Source: Candidatus Omnitrophota bacterium
GTDB lineage: Bacteria; Omnitrophota; Omnitrophia; Omnitrophales; JACQLI01
Length of the DNA stretch: 64,000 nucleotides
Assembly: GCA_016179745.1 (NCBI GenBank)
Contig: JACPCP010000015.1
Location: 45,608-109,607, forward strand
Direction of reading: 5' to 3'
In this document: in pieces, positions 46,170-58,200 of the stretch
How the letters are laid out: each line of letters opens with the position of its first letter
How positions within the stretch are numbered: position 1 is the first letter of the stretch
Program-made: the position numbers and the translations under genes
The notes under the pieces: model-generated
Databases searched by the model: none
Told to the model about the DNA's origin: nothing
Seen by the model: the letters and a program-made list of their open reading frames with translations, nothing else

Positions 46170-47212
46170 TCACAATGGTTTTGATCCAAATCGTTCTGGC
46201 GGCGGGGGTGGTTCTTGCCGTCATCAGTTTTGCGGCGTTTCACACGTGGCTTGAGCGAAAACAGTCGGCCCTGATGCAGGACCGGATCGGGGCCAACCGG
46301 GCCACGATCTTCGGCTTTCGGGCCCTCGGCCTTTTCCATCCCCTGGCCGACGCCATCAAGATGTTTATGAAAGAGGATTTTATCCCGGCGAAGGCCGACA
46401 AATTCCTCCACACGCTGGCCCCCCTGCTTTCCTTGACCTTTGCCCTGGTGGCTTTTGCCGCCATTCCCTTTGGCGATGTTCTCAGGATCGGGAGCCTTGA
46501 AATCACGCTCCAGGCGGCCCCGATCAATGTCGGCCTTCTTTATGTCTTTGCGATGCTCTCGATGGGGGTCTACGGGGTGATCCTGGCCGGCCTTTCCTCC
46601 AACAGCAATTACGCCTTTCTCGGGGGCCTCCGGGCCTCAAGCCAGATGCTGGCCTATGAGATCACGCTTGGCGCCACGATCGTGGGCATTGTGATGATCT
46701 ATGGTTCATTGGATCTTCAGGAAATTGTCCGGAGGCAGGGCCATCTTCTTTGGGGTTGGCTTCCGATGTGGGGTTTCCTTGTCCAGCCGCTCGGGCTCCT
46801 CTTGTTTCTCACGGCCGGGATCGCCGAGACGAAGCGCATCCCCTACGACGTGCCCGAAGGGGAGTCGGAGATTGTGGGCTATTTTGTGGAATATAGCGGC
46901 ATGAAATTTGGGATGTTTTACTTCACCGACTTTATCGAGACGATCCTCATCGCCTCGCTTACGACGACCCTCTTTTTCGGCGGCTGGCAGGTGCCCTTTC
47001 TCCACCTCCTTCGCCTGCCTGGCCTGGCCGTAACGCTCGCCCAAGTCCTGGCCTTTATTTTAAAGGTTTGTTTCTTCTGCTGGCTTTTTATGACCGTCCG
47101 ATGGACGCTCCCCCGTTTCCGCTACGACCAATTGATGAATCTGGGCTGGAAAATCGTCTTCCCACTTTCACTGGCCAACCTGGTGGTGACGGCCCTGGTC
47201 CTTCTCTTTTAG
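46166..47212 (+). CDS. nuoH: NADH-quinone oxidoreductase subunit H
   Basis: ERK..A.MQDRIGANR, GVYGVILAGLSSNSNYAFLGGLRA and EGESEIVGYFVEYSGMKF. A polytopic membrane protein. Confidence 0.95.
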   Translation: MITMVLIQIVLAAGVVLAVISFAAFHTWLERKQSALMQDRIGANRATIFGFRALGLFHPLADAIKMFMKEDFIPAKADKFLHTLAPLLSLTFALVAFAAIPFGDVLRIGSLEITLQAAPINVGLLYVFAMLSMGVYGVILAGLSSNSNYAFLGGLRASSQMLAYEITLGATIVGIVMIYGSLDLQEIVRRQGHLLWGWLPMWGFLVQPLGLLLFLTAGIAETKRIPYDVPEGESEIVGYFVEYSGMKFGMFYFTDFIETILIASLTTTLFFGGWQVPFLHLLRLPGLAVTLAQVLAFILKVCFFCWLFMTVRWTLPRFRYDQLMNLGWKIVFPLSLANLVVTALVLLF

Positions 47213-47344
47213 CCGGTAAACTTACGCCGTCCGTGAGCCGTAACACAAATAGGCCATTCAAAGCTCGCAAGATCAAGGTTGAATCGGAGGCCGAAAACGG
47301 GTATAGTGCCATTTACAAGACACAACGTTCGAATCTGAAAGTTG

Positions 47345-47381
47345 CCCCAGGCAGTAAATAATTGCTTGGGTTTTTTGCTAA
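47345..47381 (+). terminator. Rho-independent terminator about 135 nt downstream of nuoH
   Basis: CCCAGGCA-GTAAATAAT-TGCTTGGG (8 bp including one G-U) followed by TTTTTTG. Confidence 0.65.
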
Positions 47382-47397
47382 AAAGGGGGCATAACTG

Positions 47398-48315
47398 TTG
47401 GAAACAATTCAAGATAGAGAAAGCGTGATAGCGAAAAAGAGATACAACCTTTGGGTGATTGTCTGGATCGTTGGGATGCATCTGGGGGCCCTCGCCGCCC
47501 CGTTTACCTTTACCTGGCCGGCCTTTTTCCTCTTTGCCTTCCTTGCCTGGCTCACCGGAGGCATCGGAATCACCCTTTGTTACCACCGCCTGCTCACCCA
47601 CGGCTCCTTTAAAGTCCCAAAATTCCTGGAATACCTCGTCACCTTTTGCGGCCTCCTGGCCTCCGAAGGAGGCCCTATCAACTGGGTGGCCCGTCACCGG
47701 ATCCACCACGCCTTTCCGGATACCGATAAAGACCCCCACAGCCCCCGCCACGGCTTTTGGTGGTCTCACGTCCTTTGGCTTTTTGTCCACAAACCGATTT
47801 TTGATAACTATGAGCTTTACTGCTCGTATGCCCCGGATTTGGCGAAGGATCCCGTTCACCAGTTTTTTAACCGCACGCACGGCCTCTATCAGATTCTCTT
47901 GGGGATTGCTCTTTATCTGTGGGGAGGATTCCCCTTTTTAGTTTGGGGGCTCTTTCTCCGGACCGTTTTTGTTTATCACGTGACCTGGTTCGTGAATTCC
48001 GCGACGCACAAGTGGGGTTACAAGACCTATGCCCTGAAGGATGACTCCAGCAATCTCTGGTGGGTCGCGCTTTTGTCGTTCGGAGAGGGGTGGCATAATA
48101 ATCACCACGCCTTCCAAACTTCAGCCCGGCACGGCCTGAAATTCTGGGAGTTTGACCAGACCTACCTCACCATTAAATTTCTCGAGCTCCTCCGCCTGGC
48201 GCGTGATATCCACGTTCCGAAGTTTCCGAAGCTGCCCCGCCCTCACCTCCCCTCTGTGAATTTGCCGAAGATCGAGAAAATTCCAGGCGTTCCTTCCTTC
48301 GAATCGATCGCTTGA
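47398..48315 (+). CDS. Membrane fatty-acid (acyl-CoA/acyl-lipid delta-9-type) desaturase
   Basis: Three His boxes: HRLLTH, HRIHHAFPDTDKDPHSP and HNNHHAF. TTG start after a GGGGG RBS. Confidence 0.88.
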   Translation: METIQDRESVIAKKRYNLWVIVWIVGMHLGALAAPFTFTWPAFFLFAFLAWLTGGIGITLCYHRLLTHGSFKVPKFLEYLVTFCGLLASEGGPINWVARHRIHHAFPDTDKDPHSPRHGFWWSHVLWLFVHKPIFDNYELYCSYAPDLAKDPVHQFFNRTHGLYQILLGIALYLWGGFPFLVWGLFLRTVFVYHVTWFVNSATHKWGYKTYALKDDSSNLWWVALLSFGEGWHNNHHAFQTSARHGLKFWEFDQTYLTIKFLELLRLARDIHVPKFPKLPRPHLPSVNLPKIEKIPGVPSFESIA

Positions 48316-48349
48316 TTCGTTAGCCTTCCTACTGTAATTTGTCCCTGCT

Positions 48350-48892
48350 GTGAGCATTCCAACCAAGGTCGTCCGCCGTCCTGAGCTGACGTTTTGGGAT
48401 CGGCTTTACCTTCCCCAGGTGCTGGCCGGGCTTTGGGTCACGTCCCGGCATTTCTTTTTCAATCTCTTCTTTCATATCCTTCATCGGTTCGGACTCTTTA
48501 AATGGATCCGGGCCGCTGTCACGTTTCAATACCCCGAGGAGCAAAGGCCCTTGGTGCCCCGTTCCCGGACGCGCCACCGGCTTACAAAGCGTGACGACGG
48601 TTCCCCCCGCTGCGTGGCCTGCATGATGTGCGAGACGGTTTGTCCGGCAACCTGCATCACGATCACGGCCGAGGAGCACCCCGACCCGAATGTCGAGAAG
48701 CGGCCCAAGAGTTTCGTGATCGATCTCGGCAAGTGCGTCTACTGCGGCTTCTGCGTGGAGGCCTGCCCCGAGGATGCGATCCGGATGGACACGCAAATCC
48801 TCGACATTGCGGCCTACTCCCGGGAGGCCATGGTCCTCGACATGCCCGAGCTTTTGAACCCCCGCTCCGCCCGCATCGTTTCTTCGAAGTAA
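48350..48892 (+). CDS. nuoI: NADH-quinone oxidoreductase subunit I (2x[4Fe-4S])
   Basis: FQYPEE, CVACMMCETVCPATCI and CVYCGFCVEACPEDAI. GTG start. Confidence 0.88.
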   Translation: MSIPTKVVRRPELTFWDRLYLPQVLAGLWVTSRHFFFNLFFHILHRFGLFKWIRAAVTFQYPEEQRPLVPRSRTRHRLTKRDDGSPRCVACMMCETVCPATCITITAEEHPDPNVEKRPKSFVIDLGKCVYCGFCVEACPEDAIRMDTQILDIAAYSREAMVLDMPELLNPRSARIVSSK

Positions 48893-49199
48893 GCCCTAGT
48901 TTCCTCATCTCCCCGCCATTTCAGACGAGCGGCTCGCCGGCTGAGCCAGGCACGGGCCGGGCGGGGCTGGTATCTCCGGGGGGCCAAGCCGGTCTAGATT
49001 AAGAACCATCCCCAAAATCTTTTCATCCCTCACCCTTCTCAGCCGGGACCTTCACCGGGTATTGTGTGAGAGGTTGAGTGAGGTGAAGAAAACATGGGAC
49101 AAAGATTAGACTATTTCCTGATTTTTCAAAATGTCGGCACGGGGGGGACAAGCGCATTCGATCAATCGCTAACATCTGCCAACGGGCGTGCTCATTTTT

Positions 49200-49228
49200 T
49201 TGACAGGGAGAATTATGTCGGAGATAAT
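49200..49228 (+). promoter_or_regulatory. Strong sigma70-type promoter upstream of the giant gene (TTGACA-17-GATAAT)
   Basis: TTGACA lies at 49200-49205 and GATAAT at 49223-49228, preceded by a T-rich tract. Confidence 0.55.
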
Positions 49229-49296
49229 TACTTTACTCGTTGTCTCAAAGCTCTTATGAATCAAGCTATCCTGGTCAGGAGTTCCGTCTCCCGGTA

Positions 49297-52200
49297 ATGG
49301 AAGTAAAACCCCGGCGGAGTCAGAAGGGCTTTTACTTTAGACTCACCACCTGGGCTGTTCTCATCACCTTCTCAACCCTCCAGATCGCCTGGGCCCAGGG
49401 GCCCGAAGCCCTCAAGCCGGCTGAAACGATCCGCCAAGCCCCCATCGATCCAAAATCCATTTCTCAGGAAGACTGGAAATCATCTTCCCAGACCGCAAAA
49501 CCGGTGGATCAAAAAACTTCGACCGACTACCTCATGGATGATTTCCCCCTGACTCGGGCGGACAAACAAGAGACCGAAGGCGAAGCGGCCGAGAAACGTG
49601 CCTTGACCCGCCAGACGATCCAATGGGAGAAACCCAGGATCACCTATTATTCCAACGGCAGGAAGAAGTCCTGGCAAAGACGGGGCACTGAGAATGGAAA
49701 GCTGAAGAGGCGTGAACTGAAGACCTATGACCCCCAGGGCAAAATCACCCGGGACCTCGACGAGACCTACCACCCGAATGGAAGGGTCGCAATCTCAGAT
49801 GACCGCCGTTACCTTGCAGGCGTCCTTGACAAACGCACCTACAAGACCTTTAACACACAAGGCCGGTTGACCCGCACTCTTTTCCGGGACTATGACCCCC
49901 ATGAAAAGCTCAGGATCTTGGACGACACCTCTTACACCAATGGCCACAAGACCGGGCGCCACCGGAATGAATACGACAGTTCCGGGATTCGCCTGAGTTA
50001 CCTTCGGGAAACCTTTTTCTCCGGAGAGAGCCTTAAAACTTCGGATAGTTACCGCTATTCGAGTGGCCGGCTCACCCAGAGGACCTACCAGGAACGAGAT
50101 GCTTCAGGAAATCAAATCGTCTCTCAATCCCGCGATTACACCGCCCCCCTCTACACGAATCTTCGGGATTTCGTATTCGAATACGCTGTAGACGGTTCCC
50201 CCTACACAGAGTCTTTCTCATTTACCGCCGAGGGCTCCACCCGGTTCCAGACGACAAAGGCCGGATACCTTGGGGCCGAAGTCAAGCTCGATATTGAAAT
50301 CATCTTTGATGAGACCCCGCCCGGAGCGGGTTCGGTGGCCCTCAGTGGCAATGCCGTTTACTCTCGGTCGGCTTCCGTAAGCCTTACTCTTGAGGTTGAT
50401 GACAACTGGACCACCGATGCCAATATCCAAATGGCCTTCTCCCAGAATGGAGGACAGACCTTTGGCGCCTTCGAAGCCTTCAACACCCAGAAGACACTCG
50501 CTCTTGAAGGCAGTGACGGCACCAAAGAAGTCATCGTCCGTTTCAAAGACGAAGCCGGCAACACCCTCGATGCCACAGACACGATTCACCTCGACCGCGC
50601 AATTCCTACCGGCAGCATCAATATCAATTCGGGGTCTTCTTACACAACCTCCACGGCCGTCACCCTAAATCTGGCTGCCCAGGACTCGGGCTCTGGCATT
50701 GATAAGATGAGTTTCTCCCAGGACAATACGGCTTGGACCGCCCCCGAGGCCTACAACGCCACGAAGAATTTCACTCTTCCTTCAGGAGACGGAACCAAGA
50801 CCCTTCGTGTGAAGTTTTACGATAAAGCCGGAAACGAGAGTCAGGTTTATTCCAAGTCCATCACTTTGGATTCAACCCTTCCTGACGGCTCCATCACAAT
50901 CAATAACAGTAATCTCTACACTTCCTCTCCTACGGTGACTCTTGCCTTGAGCGCCAACGATCCCACTTCAGGGGTTGCCGATATGCGTTTCTCAAACAAT
51001 TTCGGTTTCCAGTGGTCCGACTGGGAGCCTTTTGGCACAAGAAAGGATTGGACCCTTTCCTCTACCAATGGAGAAAGATGGGTTGCTTACGAGGTTCGCG
51101 ATTGGGCCGGCAATATCGCCAGGCTCTATGACTCCATCATCCTAGATACCCTTGCTCCCACTGGCTCCCTCAATATCAATTCAGGGGCCGTTTACACTGG
51201 TACTCCCACCGTGACCTTAAATCTTTCAGCCCAAGACTCGGGTTCCGGGATCGATAAGGTAAGTTTCTCTCAAGACAATACAACCTGGACTGCTCCCGAG
51301 GTCTACAACTCCACAAAGACCTTTACCCTTCCCTCAGGAGACGGGAATAAAACCGTCTACCTCAAGTATTACGACAAGGCAGGGAATGTAAGTGCGGTCT
51401 ATTCCAAATCCATTATTCTGGATACCCTTCCGCCCTCAGGCACGGTGCGGGTCAAGAATAGCGTTCAGTTTGTCAATCAGCGTTTCATTGATCTGGAATT
51501 CTCTGCCAGTGATGCAGGGTCAGGACTTGATTGGGTGAGGGTGTCGAATGACAACTCCACCCTGACCGAGATCCCCTACACGACCCTGGTGCCCGGCTGG
51601 GCTCTCTTGGAACCCGATGGCGTCAAAACCATCTACGTGCAATTTAAGGACAAATTCGGCCGCTGGTCGAGCCTTGTGACGACGACCGTCACATTGGACC
51701 GGGTGAAACCAGGGGTTTCCGCTGCGATCAGCTCAGGAAAGACTTACTCCAATTCGAGCCCGGTCATCGTAAATTTGCTAGCCACAGATGACCGAAGCGC
51801 CGGGACCAAACTACAGATGAGATTTGCAGTCGATGGCACAGCGGAAGGAAGTTTCAATGCCTGGGAGTCTTTGGGATCCCAGAAATCAATCAAGCTTCCA
51901 GAGGTTGACGGCAGCCACACGGTTTTCGCGGAGGTGAGGGATGAAGCCGGGAACATCAACCAAGCCTCAGTTTCCATCACTCTGGACCGGACGGCTCCGA
52001 CCGGTGGAGTCAAAATCAACAACGGGGCAGACCGAACGGGATTGAGAAAGGTCACGCTGACCCTGGATGCCCAGGATGCCTCGACCCAGGTGGAGAAGAT
52101 GCGGATTTCAGAAGACGGCGGGGCGAGCTGGACCCCCTGGCAGGATTTTTCAAACCAGATTGACTGGACTTTCGGGGGGCTTGAAGGGACGAGGGAAATC

Positions 52201-55200
52201 AGGGTCGAAGTAGGGGATTCGGCCGGGAATACCGCAACCTTCTCGGACACCATCGAACTCAACACTTCCATACCCCAGATCGCATTCACCTCCCCCTCCT
52301 CGACGGGTGATTCTCTTTACACCCTCCGCTACAAAGTGGATGGGGTGGAGCGAAGCGAAACCTGGCGTCTCGCCCCGGGGGCGAATCCACTTTTGGTGCG
52401 TGTCTCAGAGGATGGAAGACCACCGGCCTTTGCGAAGTTCACCGTGACACTCAATCAGTCGGAGCCCGCCCGTCCTTTGATGCCGAATGCTCCAACGCTG
52501 GCGGAAGACCTCATTTCAGTGACGACGGAGGGGGGGTTGGTTCTTAAATATGATAATAGCGTCCTCGTGGCCATGGAGAAACCCGGGGAGTATCAACTTT
52601 ATCTGCCGGAAGTGGATGGCAGCGGGAATCTCACAGGCGGATTAGTCCGATTTTCCGAAGGAGGTGAAATCTACTATGGGGACGGAAAAGTCGTTTGGCG
52701 CAAGGACCCTCAACAAAACACCTACTATTACAATCCCGACGGTTCTGTGCGGGAAGTGGCCGGACCGGAGGGACAAAGAAGTGTTTTCTCCTATCGCTTG
52801 GATTCCGAAAATGGCAAGGTCATGGAGACCCTTGTCTCCTCTTCAAAAGACACGAGCCTTTACGATGCCACGGGCCGCCTTCTACTAACCTTGAAAATCA
52901 ATGGGGACGTGGTTCATTACGACGGAGGAATCCTGGATTCAGTTGAGCGAAAAGGTACGGGCGAGGTCCTTCATTACGGCCGCACTGATGACCCCAAGAC
53001 GGGCGAAGTGACCGTGAGTGTTACGGGCTCCGCGACCCCCTTTCAAGAATACCCCTCGAGAGTCCGCTACGACCGCGAGGGCCAAATTCTCGAGGTGGTC
53101 GAGCCGGACGGGACTCAGATAAATTTTAAAGACGGCCTTCCAACCGAAAAAATCGAATTCATTGAAGGCGAAGTCCGTAAAACAAGCTATCAATATAAGA
53201 CGAATCCCCTTGAGGATCTTATCGGTCTCCAGATCTCAGGGACTCAATTGAAGCGGAGCTTCGACGCCCAAGGCAGACTCGGTGCGCTTGAAACCGACGG
53301 CGTTGAATTAAAAATTTCGGGGAACCTGGTGGAATCTCTGACCCTTCTTGAGGGAAGTGAAGGAGGATTTCCCTCGGGCACCACTGTTCGCTACGAAGAG
53401 CGGAATTCGCTCAAGCGGGCCCTTGTCAGTTATCCCGAGCCGGATGCAAGAAAATTAACCTACGAGGTAGAGGAAGGCGGGGATCGGTACACACTTCGTG
53501 AAATCCAGTTGCCAGATGGGACGATTCAGCGGTTTCGTCCGAACGGCAGCCTGGGATCCCTCGAGACTTCGGACGGAAGAATTTATGAATACGAGGCGGC
53601 GCCCGGCGGCGGGCGGTCCTTTTTGAAGGAATGGCGGCTTGCGGACGGCCGCAGGCTTTACTTCAAAAAGAAAAACCCGGATGCCCCGCTTCAATTATTC
53701 CTTGTCGAATTCCCGGATGGGCGGAGGATCGAAAATATCACATTCGACCCGGAGGGGCGCCTCAACCAGGCCGACGAGCGGGTCCCTGAGCGAGGGGCCG
53801 TTTCCTCACATGTGGACCACTATGAATCCGGCCGGCTTGTGAAGCGAAGTTTCCCCGATACGTCCGAGCTCCTTTTTAATGAGGACGGTATTTTTTATTC
53901 CTATCGTGATCCCCGAGGCGAAACCTACCAGGTTCGTGAGGAGAAAGGGCCCCAAAACGAGACGACCGGGTTCCGATTTGAAGGGTCCCGGGAGACGGTT
54001 GTCTATTCCCGGGAAGGCGTTCTGACCCGTTACCTCTCAAACGGGGTTTCATTTGAATTTGACCGGGAAGGAAAGGTTGCTTGGGCCAAGACTGTTTTCG
54101 GAGAAATCCAAAACCCCCTTTGGAATGAGGCCCAGGAACTCATTAGCGGCAGGGTCAGCCTGGCCGATGGATCTCGATATTTCCTGGAGGGTGGAAAGAT
54201 TGCCCGAATTCTTCGGTCCGACGGCTTGGAGATTACTTATACGGGGGACCGTGCCGCCCGGCTTGTCAAAGAGGATACGACACTTTTGCTGGAATATATC
54301 ACTGAGAACACGGGCTTGCTTAAGGGGGCTTTTGTCAGATACGAGACAGAAGGGGGACTTACGAGCGACGGCCTGATTAATTTTCTCATCCGCCCCGAAC
54401 GTGCCGGCGAGGCCGGAGAGGTTTTTGACGCACCGCTTGAAAATCTACTGACCTCCGGGAAAAGCCGGACAAGTGTGGCTGCCGTCCACCGGGTCCCTCT
54501 TGCCCTGGGAGTGGTCGAGCGAGGCAGTGCTTCAAACGGAGGTTGGTGGTTCGAAGTGATATTTGATTCTGCCGAAGTTTCGGAGGGACTTACACCGACC
54601 CTGAGTTTGGCGCCCAACCCTTTTCTCAATCACATGAATCTGGGCTACCAGATTTCGGAATCCGCCTCCGAGCCCCTCAATGATTTGATAAACTTTGGCA
54701 TTGCGGGCAACTTTGTGCTCAATGGCGGCCGGGTTCCGCTTGGGGCCGCCAGCATCGGGTCGAGAAAGGGTTTTCCGCTTAATTATGACGTCTCCCCTCC
54801 AGGAAGCTCAGTGGGTTTTTATGTGTCTTACGATGCGGATTGGATTGAAGGAATCGAAACACGGGATTTCTCAGGTTTGGGAGAGGTTGTTTTAAAAACG
54901 AAGGGGGAACTTGGGACGGTTTTGACGCTTGAGCTGACAGACCGTGAAAACCGACGAAGCCGGATCTTTTTGCGTGGGATTGACAACAGCGAGCGCTTTT
55001 TTAATCTGGATTTTTCCCTTTTTCAAGGTGTTGACATCACTCACATCAAATCGGTCAGCTATATCCTGGAAGGCGACCGGCAGCTTGTAAAGACCGGAAC
55101 GCTGGATATCCAATGGGGCAGCCCTTTCGTTGCTTTATCTCCGCAACCAGAATTGGATTCGACAAGCGGAGTCGAATTGCCGCAATTTCAATGGCTTCAC

Positions 55201-58200
55201 GTAGTGCCCCAAAAGTATCCTGCCTATCCCCAGGGTGTCTCGGATAAATTCGTAACCACTCGATCGTCCGATTCCGAGATGGAATTTCATTTCGAAGGGG
55301 CATCGGATTATTACACGGCTTCCGCCGTCTTTGATTACGATCTTGCGAATACGAAAGACGTGGTGGAATACAAGGACCTTTCAGCCTTTGCGGGTCTTCT
55401 GCTGGGAAGCGAGAGAGCGGTCGAAGGGATCAACTTTTTTTCGATTCAGGATGCACATGGGAACCGGGCCCGTGTGAGGTTGTTCGGCAACGCCGGGACC
55501 CCCAATTTTTATTTCTTGGATCTGGATAAGATGGGCATCGATCTCAGGCGGGTCCGTTCCCTGGCGTTTGTCTACAATGATCCAAAGGTGGAAGACGGAC
55601 GGGTATGGCTCCGTGGGATTCCCCGTGAGGGCCCCGTCCCCTTCCCAGCCGTAAATCCCGATACGGATGAGCTTGCCATTCTCGCCGACGAGACCGTGAC
55701 GGTGGCTGTGAACCCGGGCGAACTTGTCCGATCCGATTATCTTAGCGTGAGCATTCGGCCTCCTCCGGGCGTGGTTGATTCAAAGGCCGTGCTAACTCTC
55801 GGTGAGGCCGTCTATCGAACAGAAACCCTATCAGACGATTGGAGCCACCTGGTAATTCCCCTCGCCAAATTTTCCGGGGCGCAGGCCGATTCTCTTCAGA
55901 TTTCCTTTGAAGGAAGCACAAGAGAGGGAAGCTACTTGATCGACAATCTCGTTTTAATGCGTTTCCAGGATAATTCGGCATCAACCCTTTTGCCCAAACT
56001 CAGGGTGACAGCCGAATCCCTTTCGCAAGGGGAGAGAACTCACCTTCCGGATCTGGCGAAACTCTCAGCCTCTTTCGTCTCCGAGTTTTCCGGGCGCAAT
56101 GAAACACCGGCTCGGATCCATTCCGAACTCGGAGCCTTGACGAGTGTCGTGACCGACATTTTTTATGATTCCAATGGCCAGATCAAAGAGGTAAAGACCG
56201 GTGATGGAAAAACTCTCGTGATGGCCGAGGAAGGGCTCCAGCAGGCTTTGTTCAGTCAGGGAGTGACCGTTGATTACGGATCCGGCCCAGGAAACGAACC
56301 TCAATCCTTGACGGTTGCGGGCCCCGGAGGAAATCAAGCCCCTCTTTCGGCGAGCTATCAATACGGACGTATCCGGGAAGTGAGGCGTTCGGACGGCTCC
56401 CGCCTTCAATATGGATACGAATTCATAGACGGGGCCGAAATCACGGTCGTCAAGACACCGCTTGGGACGGAGCCTGAGACCTATGAGATCAAGCGCTATC
56501 ACCGAGATCCCGGGAACCCTTATCAGATCGGCCAGCTCTTGTCGGTCGAAGAACCCACCGGCCTTCTGACGGTCTATGAGTATGGAGCCGGGTCCGGAGG
56601 TCCCGAGGCGCCGCTTAAGCTAAGCCGGACTTATTACAAGGGGCGGTTGCGTTCGGAATTTAGTTACGAGTATCGGGAAGGCCGGACGTTTGTGACCGAT
56701 CAAGAGGGCACGGTCACGGAGTATGATTCTGATGGCCGACTTCGTTCCCACACGACGCCGGATGGTTTCCGCTACGAGCATCTCTTCGAAGATGAAAACT
56801 TTCGGGTGATTGACGGCCGAAGTTACCTTAACGGGAAACTCATCCGCCTTGAAACGGAGGGTTTCACCATTGAAGAAGCAGTGACCGACTCAGAAGGTTT
56901 CCTCACAGAGGCCCTGCTTCTTTACCAGGATGGTCACCGGACATTTTTCGTGAAGGGAGCCCCCTACCTGACCACCCGGGATGTTGGAGAAGCCACCTTC
57001 TTTGATCCGGCTAAGGACGGCGAAAACCCAGGCTTTCAAAACGAAATGTCCAATTTTCGGCTCGCTCAAACGCTCTGGAAGGGTGCCCCCAAGAGTCCAG
57101 CGGCAGAGATCCTGCCGGAAAAAGTTGAGGTGGTTCGGCTTGTTTCGAGGGAGTCGGACGAGATAAGCGCGGAATACCGCGAAGGGAGACTCGAGGACCT
57201 TCGGTTTAAGGAAGATGGAATGGAGGTGACGGGCCTTTCCTATGACCGAGACGGGGAGCTCGATGGAGCCCGGATCAAACTGGACGACGGAACCGGATTT
57301 CTGTTCCAAGAAGGGCTTCATGTTATCCGGAGCCGCTCAAATGAGGTCGTCGAGCGCCTCACCCCGTGGGATCCCCCCCTGGCCTACCGAAATGAATCCG
57401 AACGCTGGGAACGTTTAAAGATGCAGTCTGCGACTTTTGTCCGGAGCCCCGATGAGACCGGCCGCTCCAAGAAAACGGATCTCGGAATGGCCCTTTACGA
57501 TGAAACAGGCCGTATCCTTGAAATCCATTTGAGGGCGGAAGGAGTCATTCTAAGGGATTTCGAATTTAACGACCGGGGAAAACTGGTGCGGGCCAAAGTT
57601 TTTTCCGGAGGAGAGGAAACGACTGAATACCGCGAGGGTTTATCCCTTTCCTACCAGGGGGGCGACGGAAGGCCTGGGAAAGTCTTTTCCCTGTTTGACG
57701 AGGGCAACTTCCATTATGAATCGGCGAGGAGCCGTTGGAAAGTTTGGAAGGAAAAGATATCAGAGTATCTCCTGGACCCGGCTTTTGTGTTTGAGACCGA
57801 GCTCGATAGCGAGGGCATGATCCTCACCCTCACCAAAGCGAACCAATCCGTTTCAGTCTATGAAAAAGGAAAAGTTGACCAGGTTTTCGATCAGGAAGGA
57901 AGGCTCCTGATTACAAACCGGTACGACCCCCTCGAGGGAATGCTCATTTCCATCACGATGGTGGATGCCCGCAGGCGGCTTGAGGAAGACACCTTTGAGG
58001 CCCGGCGCGACCTCCGGAGGCAAAAGGTCCTGGCGCTTGAGAAATTGGCCCGCGATACGGATCTGGCCACGCAGGCGCTCCGGGACCAATTTGAGGGACC
58101 ACGGAAAATTCTTCTGGCTCAGCGCGCCAATGTGGAGTCACTTTTGGCGAACCTTGAGGCAACCAAAGTGCGCGGCAAGCAGGGGAAACGGGAGAAATCG

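Noticed and set aside
47290-47345. GTTCGAATC string suggesting a tRNA T-arm in the nuoH-desaturase spacer
   Set aside because: The flanking bases cannot form a 5-bp T-stem. No acceptor, D or anticodon arms could be drawn on either strand.
49094-49297. 67-aa ORF upstream of the giant gene, and the TTG start at 49240
   Set aside because: The ORF spans the predicted promoter (49200-49228). The ATG at 49297 yields a textbook signal peptide, whereas the TTG at 49240 adds 19 non-signal residues.
50311-52263. Regularly spaced ~276-nt repeats, considered as a CRISPR-like or satellite array
   Set aside because: The repeats lie in frame within a continuous ORF. They are divergent at the nucleotide level and have a protein-domain (Ig-like) periodicity, with no short direct repeats or spacers.
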